DNA of 32,000 nucleotides from Acaryochloris marina MBIC11017 (GTDB lineage Bacteria; Cyanobacteriota; Cyanobacteriia; Thermosynechococcales; Thermosynechococcaceae): NCBI RefSeq assembly GCF_000018105.1, contig NC_009925.1, positions 2,520,001 to 2,552,000 of the forward strand, read 5' to 3'. Shown piece by piece: positions 25,686 to 32,000 of this stretch (position 1 is its first letter; each line of letters starts with the position of its first letter). The notes under the pieces were generated by a model. It saw only the letters and a program-made list of their open reading frames with translations, ran no database searches and was not told where the DNA came from. The position numbers and the translations under genes were made by a program.

Positions 25686-28289
25686 TTAGCTAGCTAGTTG
25701 TAAACCTGACTGCCAAGGCAAGGGCAACTGCTTCAAACTTAACCCTTCCTCAAAAATTTGCTGAACCGGATACATCTGACCATCCGTCGTCATAAACTGA
25801 TGTTCCGCCGTCGCCTGAATCGTCGAACCATCCGCCAGGGTATACTCAAACACCTCTTGCTGACCCCGATGATGCCACTGAGCAATCGGTTGCGTATACA
25901 GATGCCCTCGCTCATTAATCGAAAACACCTGACACTCAATTTGCTCCTGCACCACCTGACCAATGGGCAGCCAACCATACTCCAAAGTCAATACAGGCGT
26001 GTCATAGCTCAGGCAATATTCCGCAAATAACAGCATTTGGTCGAAGAGGTTTTCCGAGACCTTCTTATCGACCCCTTTTTCAGCAGCGCCATCAATAAAG
26101 ATCTCGCGATGCTTCTCCATCTCCGCCATCTTCTTTTTACCCATGGCTCGCCGCAGCAAATCGGCTTGTCCCAGGGAATATCCCGCCATATCCTGGGCAA
26201 TCTTCATAATTTGCTCTTGATAGACCATAATTCCGTAAGTTTCTTCCAGAATCGGCTTAATCAGATCATGGGGATAGTCAATACTTTCGCGACCATGCTT
26301 ACGGTTAATAAACTTGGGAATCAGCCCCGCATCCAACGGCCCCGGTCGATAGAGGGCCAGAATCGAAGAAATATCCTCAATATTGGAGGGCTTGAGGTCT
26401 TTCACCACCTGCCGCATCCCCGAGGACTCCAACTGGAAGACCCCTTCTAGTTCCCCTCGTGCTAGGAGCTGGAAGGCTTCTGGATCATCCATGGGCACTC
26501 GATCTACGTCTAGATCGAGCTGGCGATTTTGCTTCAGCAGATCCGTGGTTTTCTGGATCATTGTCAGGTTCTTGAGGCCCAAGAAGTCCATTTTCAGCAG
26601 ACCCAAAGACTCTAGATCCTCCATAAAGTATTGGGTAATCACCGCCCCATCGTTATTGCGCTGCAAAGGCACAATCTGATCCAAGGGTTCCGAGGCAATC
26701 ACCACTCCTGCCGCATGCACCCCAAAGGTTTTGTTAGTACCCTCAATCCGAATCGCCATATCTAGCCAGCGACGCACAATCGGATCTTTATCGTATTTTT
26801 CTTTAAACTCTGGGGCAGGTGTTTCATCGGAGATCATCACCTTGAGCTTTGTGGGTTTACCCCGAGCCACCGGAATCAGCTTTGCCATCCGATCCGCTTC
26901 CCCATAGGGAATATCCAGCACCCGAGCCACATCTTTGAGCACCGCTTTGGAGGTCATGCGGTTAAAGGTAATAATCTGAGCCACCCGGTCTTCGCCATAT
27001 TTGCGGGTCACATAGTCAATCATGGCGTCCCGCTTTTCGATACAGAAATCCGTATCAATATCAGGCATAGACTTCCGTTCTGGATTGAGGAACCGCTCAA
27101 ACAGGAGACCGTGATGAACTGGGTCGATATTGGTAATCCCTAAGGCATAGGCTACCAGGGAACCTGCCGCACTACCTCGCCCCGGCCCTACAGGAATATT
27201 ATTGTCGCGGGCATATTTGATGTAATCCCACACCACTAAGAAATAGGTGGAAAAGCCCATCTGCTGTAGCATTTCCAGCTCATATTCCAGGCGCTCTTTA
27301 TAGGTATCCGTGACTTCGGATCGTTCTTTGCAGTTGCAGCGCTCTAACAGGCCATCCCAGGTCACTTCTTCTAGGTAGGTTTCCGCTGTATAGCCGTCCG
27401 GTACTTCATAGTCAGGGCTTTGGGGGTCCCGAAAGATATCGTAGGCTTCGATCTTTTCGGCCACTTCTAGGGTGGTTGCGATCGCATCGGCAATCACGTC
27501 ATCCGTCAGATGGTCCCGAAACATCAGGGCCATCTCATCCGCAGTTTTTAGATACTCCGTACCGCTATAGCGCAGACGCTTGTCTTCCGTAATCAGCTTG
27601 CCTGTCTGGATACAGAGCAACGCATCATGGGACTCCACGTCGTAGCAGGAGATAAAATGGGAGTCATTGGTGGCAATCACCTTAATATCAAGTTCCTGGG
27701 CAATCCGTACCAATTCCACGTTGACCACCCGATCTTCCTGGGAACCGTGGTCTTGAATTTCTAAGTAATAGTCATCTCCAAAAAGCTCTTTGTACCATTT
27801 GGCAATTCGCCGGGCGATATCCGGCTTCTCCTTCATAATCGCCTGAGGAATCTCCCCCCCTAAGCAGGCGCTGGTGACGATGAGTCCTTCGTGGTGCTCT
27901 TCTAGCAGATCTTTATTGATACAGGGTCGAGAGAAGATACCCCGCCCCTGGACCCCATGCAGGCTAGAAATTGTGGTGAGTTTAACTAGGTTCTGGTAGC
28001 CCTTCTTATTCTTCGCCAACACCACCTGGTGATACCGAGGTCGTCGCTCTTGCTTGGTGATATCGCCATTGATCACGTACATTTCATTGCCAACAATCGG
28101 CTTAATCCCCTGCTTCTTGCAGGTTTTGATCAAGCCAATGGCCCCATACATCACCCCATGATCCGTCAAGGCAATAGCGGGCATATTCAGTTCAACGGCT
28201 CGGGACACCAGATCCGGGAGCTGACTGGCTCCATCCAAGAGACTATAGTCGCTGTGAATATGCAACCCCACAAAAGACATTGGCCACAT
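25686..28289 (-). CDS. dnaE: DNA polymerase III alpha subunit, N-terminal split fragment with DnaE N-intein
   Basis: PHP domain start [17 protein letters not shown], followed by collinear Pol III alpha palm/fingers motifs. The extein ends ...FAEY and is followed by [22 protein letters not shown]...[21 protein letters not shown]..., the classic cyanobacterial split DnaE IntN. The ORF stops after the intein half. Confidence 0.95.
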   Translation of the reverse strand: MWPMSFVGLHIHSDYSLLDGASQLPDLVSRAVELNMPAIALTDHGVMYGAIGLIKTCKKQGIKPIVGNEMYVINGDITKQERRPRYHQVVLAKNKKGYQNLVKLTTISSLHGVQGRGIFSRPCINKDLLEEHHEGLIVTSACLGGEIPQAIMKEKPDIARRIAKWYKELFGDDYYLEIQDHGSQEDRVVNVELVRIAQELDIKVIATNDSHFISCYDVESHDALLCIQTGKLITEDKRLRYSGTEYLKTADEMALMFRDHLTDDVIADAIATTLEVAEKIEAYDIFRDPQSPDYEVPDGYTAETYLEEVTWDGLLERCNCKERSEVTDTYKERLEYELEMLQQMGFSTYFLVVWDYIKYARDNNIPVGPGRGSAAGSLVAYALGITNIDPVHHGLLFERFLNPERKSMPDIDTDFCIEKRDAMIDYVTRKYGEDRVAQIITFNRMTSKAVLKDVARVLDIPYGEADRMAKLIPVARGKPTKLKVMISDETPAPEFKEKYDKDPIVRRWLDMAIRIEGTNKTFGVHAAGVVIASEPLDQIVPLQRNNDGAVITQYFMEDLESLGLLKMDFLGLKNLTMIQKTTDLLKQNRQLDLDVDRVPMDDPEAFQLLARGELEGVFQLESSGMRQVVKDLKPSNIEDISSILALYRPGPLDAGLIPKFINRKHGRESIDYPHDLIKPILEETYGIMVYQEQIMKIAQDMAGYSLGQADLLRRAMGKKKMAEMEKHREIFIDGAAEKGVDKKVSENLFDQMLLFAEYCLSYDTPVLTLEYGWLPIGQVVQEQIECQVFSINERGHLYTQPIAQWHHRGQQEVFEYTLADGSTIQATAEHQFMTTDGQMYPVQQIFEEGLSLKQLPLPWQSGLQLAS
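25689..26015 (-). other. DnaE split intein, N-terminal half (IntN) plus a short tail
   Basis: The Cys1 codon TGC is at 26013-26015 (minus strand), directly after FAEY. The 109 aa to the stop align by eye with the Npu/Ssp DnaE IntN (CLSYxTxxLTxEYGxLPIGxxVxxxIECxVxSxxxxGxxYTQPxAQWHxRGxQEVFEYxLxDGSxIxAT..HxFMTxDGQM). Confidence 0.9.
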
Positions 28290-28526
28290 CCTTGCTAAAC
28301 CTGGCTATAGGGTAACGGATTGCGATCGCAACGACTACAGTCTCAACCTTATTTGTGATTGCCCACTGCATAGGGATTTCCCGACCCCCTGCAGCAGCTA
28401 ACTTAGAGTTGGGTAGAATAGAGTTTATACAAATAAATTAAGATTGCACTTTTATAAAAGCTAATCCATAGGGGTCAAGCCTCTGTTAAGATTTGTTTAA
28501 CTGTCTTCTCCGTACCCCGATGTAGC

Positions 28527-30788
28527 ATGAATCTGAAAGCTACAGTCTCACCGACCGATCTCGAACTGCCCATTTGGCTACAGGAATGTATGCTGGAGGT
28601 CGATGGTGCTGAAGACAAAGATGGCATCCCCGAACAAACTCTAATCTGTCGCGCCTTTAATTTTGGGTATCAACTCCATGAAGGCCAACGACGGGCCTCT
28701 GGAGAACCCTATATTGCCCACCCCGTGTCCGTTGCCGAGCTGCTCCGGGATTTAGGAGGTAGCGCAGCCATGATCGCCGCTGGCTTCCTCCATGATGTCG
28801 TCGAAGATACAGACGTCACCCCCGAAACCATCGAAGCGGAATTTGGTCTAGAAGTTCGCCAGCTCGTTGAAGGCGTCACCAAGCTTTCTAAATTTAATTT
28901 TTCTACCAAAACCGAGCGGGAAGCCGAAAACTTCCGCCGCATGTTCTTGGCCATGGCCCAAGATATTCGGGTAATTGTGGTCAAACTCGCCGATCGCCTC
29001 CACAATATGCGGACCTTAGAGCATCTCCCCCCGGTCAAACAGCGGCGTATTGCCCAGGAAACCCGAGATGTCTTTGCTCCTCTAGCCAACCGCCTCGGAA
29101 TTTGGCGGTTCAAGTGGGAATTGGAAGATCTCGCCTTTAAGTATCTAGAACCCGATACCTATCGCCGCATGCAGCAGCTGGTTGCCGATAAGCGCACGGA
29201 TCGGGAAGACCATATTGAGCAAGCGATCACCATTCTGCATGATCGCCTGGAACCCATTTGTTCGAAGCACCTGGAAATTTCTGGCCGCCCTAAACATCTG
29301 TTTAGCATTAGCCAAAAAATGGAGCGGCAACAGAAGGAATTTCATGAAATTTATGATGTCGCCGCCGTTCGGGTGATCGTTAAAACCAACGAAGAATGTT
29401 ACCGCGCTTTAGCGGTGGTCCATGACTGTTTCCGTCCCATCCCCGGACGGTTCAAAGACTATATTGGCTTGCCCAAATCCAACCGCTACCAATCGCTTCA
29501 TACCGTTGTCATTGGCCTAGGGGGGCGGCCTCTAGAAGTGCAAATTCGTACCGAAGCCATGCACCATATCGCCGAGTATGGAATTGCCGCCCACTGGAAA
29601 TATAAAGAGTCTTCCAACCAGCCAGGGAAAGCCGCTTGGAGCCCGGACGACGAAAAATTTACTTGGCTGCGTCAACTGCTTGAGTGGCAAAGCGATCTCA
29701 AAGACGCTCAAGAATACTTAGACAACGTCAAAGACAATTTATTTGACAGCGAAGTCTATGTGTTTACCCCTAAAGGCGATCTAATCGATCTCACCCAAGG
29801 GGCCACACCCGTCGATTTCGCCTACCGCATTCATACAGAAGTCGGTAACCACTGCTTTGGGGCACGGGTCAATGGCCGCATGGTCACCCTCGACACGCCC
29901 CTGGATAATGGCGACATTGTCGAAATCATGACCCAAAACAGTGCCCATCCCAGTTTGGATTGGCTCAATTTTGCTGCTAGTAATGCGGCTCGCAACCGGA
30001 TTCGGCAATGGTATAAACGCTCCCACCGAGAAGAAAATATCTTGCGCGGCCGCGAGATGCTGGAAAAAGCCCTGGGCAAAAAAGGCTTTGATGCCTTATT
30101 GAAATCAGAGCCCATGCAGATTGTTGCCAATCGATGCAATTACCAAACCCCTGACGATCTCCTAGCTGCCCTCGGCTACGGTGAAGTGACCCTCAATTCC
30201 GTCGCCAACCGGCTGCGAGAAACCATTCGGAGTCAGCAAGCCGAGGCCGAGCCTGCGACCTCAGACCTAACCGACGTTAATTTACCCACCCAAGCCAGCC
30301 CCAGGCCCCTCCCCAGCTCCGGGGACTCTCCCATTACCGGGGTTGAAGGGTTGGTCTACCATATGGCGGGTTGCTGTCATCCCGTGCCGGGTGAACCGAT
30401 TATTGGAGCGGTCACCCTCAGTAACCGAGGGATTTCCATTCACCGCCAAGGCTGTAAGAATATCGGCAATATCCCAGGCGATCGGCTGATTCCCGTCAGT
30501 TGGAACCCGACCCACCCTTCCCAACAAAGTCGCCGCTATACCTACCCCATTGAAGTTCAAATTGAAGTCATCGATCGGGTCGGCATTCTCAAAGATATTT
30601 TGACCCGTTTAACCGACAGTAAAGTCAACGTCCATAATGCCCAAGTTAAAACCTTCCCAGGTCAGACTGCGGTGATCAATCTGGGACTAGACATCGAACA
30701 TTGCAATCAATTAGACCAAATTTGCGCACAAATCCGAAAAATGAGTGATGTTCTCAAACTAAGGCGTCTCAGCCAGGTTGAAGACTGA
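28527..30788 (+). CDS. spoT: Bifunctional (p)ppGpp synthetase/hydrolase (RelA/SpoT homologue)
   Basis: HD hydrolase motifs (YIAHPVSVA, FLHDVVEDT, KLADRLHNMRT). Synthetase region (RPKHLFSISQKM, YDVAAVRVIV, YQSLHTVV, EVQIRT..MH..AEYGIAAHWKYKE). TGS domain (VYVFTPKGDLIDL..GATPVDFAYRIHTEVG). C-terminal ACT-like domain. Confidence 0.95.
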   Translation: MNLKATVSPTDLELPIWLQECMLEVDGAEDKDGIPEQTLICRAFNFGYQLHEGQRRASGEPYIAHPVSVAELLRDLGGSAAMIAAGFLHDVVEDTDVTPETIEAEFGLEVRQLVEGVTKLSKFNFSTKTEREAENFRRMFLAMAQDIRVIVVKLADRLHNMRTLEHLPPVKQRRIAQETRDVFAPLANRLGIWRFKWELEDLAFKYLEPDTYRRMQQLVADKRTDREDHIEQAITILHDRLEPICSKHLEISGRPKHLFSISQKMERQQKEFHEIYDVAAVRVIVKTNEECYRALAVVHDCFRPIPGRFKDYIGLPKSNRYQSLHTVVIGLGGRPLEVQIRTEAMHHIAEYGIAAHWKYKESSNQPGKAAWSPDDEKFTWLRQLLEWQSDLKDAQEYLDNVKDNLFDSEVYVFTPKGDLIDLTQGATPVDFAYRIHTEVGNHCFGARVNGRMVTLDTPLDNGDIVEIMTQNSAHPSLDWLNFAASNAARNRIRQWYKRSHREENILRGREMLEKALGKKGFDALLKSEPMQIVANRCNYQTPDDLLAALGYGEVTLNSVANRLRETIRSQQAEAEPATSDLTDVNLPTQASPRPLPSSGDSPITGVEGLVYHMAGCCHPVPGEPIIGAVTLSNRGISIHRQGCKNIGNIPGDRLIPVSWNPTHPSQQSRRYTYPIEVQIEVIDRVGILKDILTRLTDSKVNVHNAQVKTFPGQTAVINLGLDIEHCNQLDQICAQIRKMSDVLKLRRLSQVED

Positions 30789-31066
30789 AATACAGCCATG
30801 GACGCTTCCATAATCAATGAGGTGGCGAAATCAGCAGTGCCATGGGTTATGATGGAGCGAAAATCGTTAATTTTTACTAAACCTTTGCTGAGTCACCTCT
30901 CAAAGATTTTAGTAAGCATTAGTACTTAGCAAGACTATGCTAACCTACTGGAAACGTGGGTATAGCCCGTTGGAAATCGCTAAGGAATGTGGACCTGCAC
31001 TCAGGTTCTATGGTCGGGGGGTTTATAAAAATGCAATTTATCACTCCTAATTTCGAGAAAATCTAA

Positions 31067-31729
31067 ATGATTGGACAACCAGAATTCGTTGAAAACCCTG
31101 AGAATCGTTGCCCCGTTATTTTATTGGTGGATACTTCTAGCTCCATGAGCGGTGCGCCCATGGATGCGTTGAATAGTGGCCTAGATGCCTTCAAAGAAGC
31201 GGTCATTCAGGATGAACAAGCCGCCTTACGGGTGGACGTGGCAATTGTCAGTTTTGGACCAGTAGAACTCGTCCAAGATTTTGTCACCATTGATCAATTT
31301 GTGCCACTGCAGCTAGAGGCTCATGGCCTGACGCCCATGGGTGAAGCCCTCAGTTATGCCTTGGATTTGCTAGAAACTCGCAAAGCCACCTATCGCAACA
31401 ATGGCATTCAATATTATCGGCCTTGGGTTTTCTTGATTACGGATGGTGCCCCCAATCCTGATTCTCCTTGGCAGCAAGCTGCTGAACGTCTGAAGAATGC
31501 TGAAGCTCAGCGGAAGTTGTCCTTTTTCGCCGTGGGTGTCCAGGGTGCAGATATGGCCATCTTGAACCAAATCACCCCTCCCGAGCGTCCCCCCCTCATG
31601 CTGAATGGGCTAGATTTCCGGTCCATGTTCCTCTGGTTGAGTGACTCGATGGTGCGCGTGTCTAGCAGCACCGTCGGCGGAGATATGGTTGCTTTACCCC
31701 CCGTCGGTTGGGGACAAATCGCCACTTAG
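31067..31729 (+). CDS. von Willebrand factor A domain protein, TerY-like
   Basis: MIDAS DxSxS motif in ILLVDTSSSMSG (DTSSS at 31130-31144). GLTPMGEAL and FLITDGAPN complete the metal-site loops. At about 220 aa it is a single-domain protein, typical of TerY-type vWA proteins. Confidence 0.8.
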   Translation: MIGQPEFVENPENRCPVILLVDTSSSMSGAPMDALNSGLDAFKEAVIQDEQAALRVDVAIVSFGPVELVQDFVTIDQFVPLQLEAHGLTPMGEALSYALDLLETRKATYRNNGIQYYRPWVFLITDGAPNPDSPWQQAAERLKNAEAQRKLSFFAVGVQGADMAILNQITPPERPPLMLNGLDFRSMFLWLSDSMVRVSSSTVGGDMVALPPVGWGQIAT

Positions 31730-31836
31730 ACATTAGAGACGGAGACTTGTGAGGGGGCTGCAAACATTGATGTTTGTTGCCTCTCCAGCTTCCGCATCCT
31801 ACCTATCGTTATTTTTCGCCCCCAAAAGGAGAGGTT

Positions 31837-32000
31837 GTGGCCTGGAGAGCAATCGTTCATTCTGCAATTGGAACTCGTCATCAACAGAAACAATTGCCTT
31901 GCCAAGATTATGGCAATTATCTGGTGCAAGCAGATACCATCATTGGTGCCGTTTCTGATGGTGCCGGCAGTGCCAAATTCTCAGATGTTGGGTCTAAGCT
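31837..32000 (+). CDS. PP2C-like protein phosphatase, 5' fragment (runs off the window)
   Basis: Not in the ORF track because it has no stop in the window. GTG at 31837 is preceded by AAGGAGAGG (31826-31834), with an in-frame stop at 31768-31770. Translation (M)AWRAIVHSAIGTRHQQKQLPCQDYGNYLVQADTIIGAVSDGAGSAKFSDVGSK matches the N-terminal pattern of bacterial PP2C_2-type phosphatases (G..H......CQD ... AV.DGAGSA). Confidence 0.55.
   Translation, partial: MAWRAIVHSAIGTRHQQKQLPCQDYGNYLVQADTIIGAVSDGAGSAKFSDVGSK

Noticed and set aside
30937-31050. 37-aa ORF MLTYWKRGYSPLEIAKECGPALRFYGRGVYKNAIYHS in the spoT-vWA spacer, faintly resembling a resolvase/IS630-type HTH
   Set aside because: It is too short, the resemblance is limited to G-Y-S-x-x-E-I-A-K, and there is no adjacent transposase or recombinase body and no inverted repeats. 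At most it is a decayed remnant, so I did not call it.
6151-31729. Pairing of the MoxR-like AAA+ ATPase (6151-7275) with the vWA protein (31067-31729) as a MoxR-vWA system
   Set aside because: The genes are about 24 kb apart with many unrelated genes between them. The vWA protein is TerY-like and has its own PP2C neighbour.
1-32000. Search for CRISPR arrays, tRNA/rRNA genes, IS elements, integrases and retron/DGR reverse transcriptases
   Set aside because: There are no spaced direct-repeat arrays, no cloverleaf-compatible segments in the intergenic regions, and no transposase, integrase or RT motifs in any listed ORF.

Overview
Cyanobacterial chromosomal window. Evidence for the phylum: seven perfect HIP1 octamers (GCGATCGC), psaE, NDH-1 ndhF/ndhD, the clock-output kinase sasA, and the naturally split dnaE N-half ending in an N-intein. 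Core genes are ndhF (5' partial), ndhD, mutM, psaE, sasA, dnaE-N and spoT/rel. Accessory modules lie between them. (1) 9942-16141: a two-gene, same-strand module. The first gene encodes a Ser/Thr kinase + TIR-like domain + AAA-like (PF14516-type) P-loop NTPase. The second encodes a paralogous AAA-like NTPase + one hydrophobic helix + 14 WD40 repeats. I consider this the best candidate for an uncharacterised STAND-type conflict or signalling system. (2) 16363-19733: a signal-peptide protein with an acidic body and an extremely basic 97-aa tail, divergent from a tightly coupled atypical sigma-70 / DUF1822-like gene pair. (3) 19740-25680: a markedly AT-rich, HIP1-free island. It carries a two-partner-secretion (TPS-domain) exoprotein with no TpsB partner in view, and a 912-aa carotenoid-oxygenase (CCD/RPE65) homologue about twice the normal size that contains an in-frame 21-bp tandem repeat. 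(4) 3792-7275: small hypothetical genes (YcxB-like, secreted HExxH protein, Cys-rich protein) and an orphan MoxR-like AAA+ ATPase. (5) 31067-32000: a TerY-like vWA gene followed by the start of a PP2C-like phosphatase gene that runs off the window. I found no rRNA, tRNA, CRISPR array, transposase or integrase. All domain calls come from motif recognition by eye, not from database searches.
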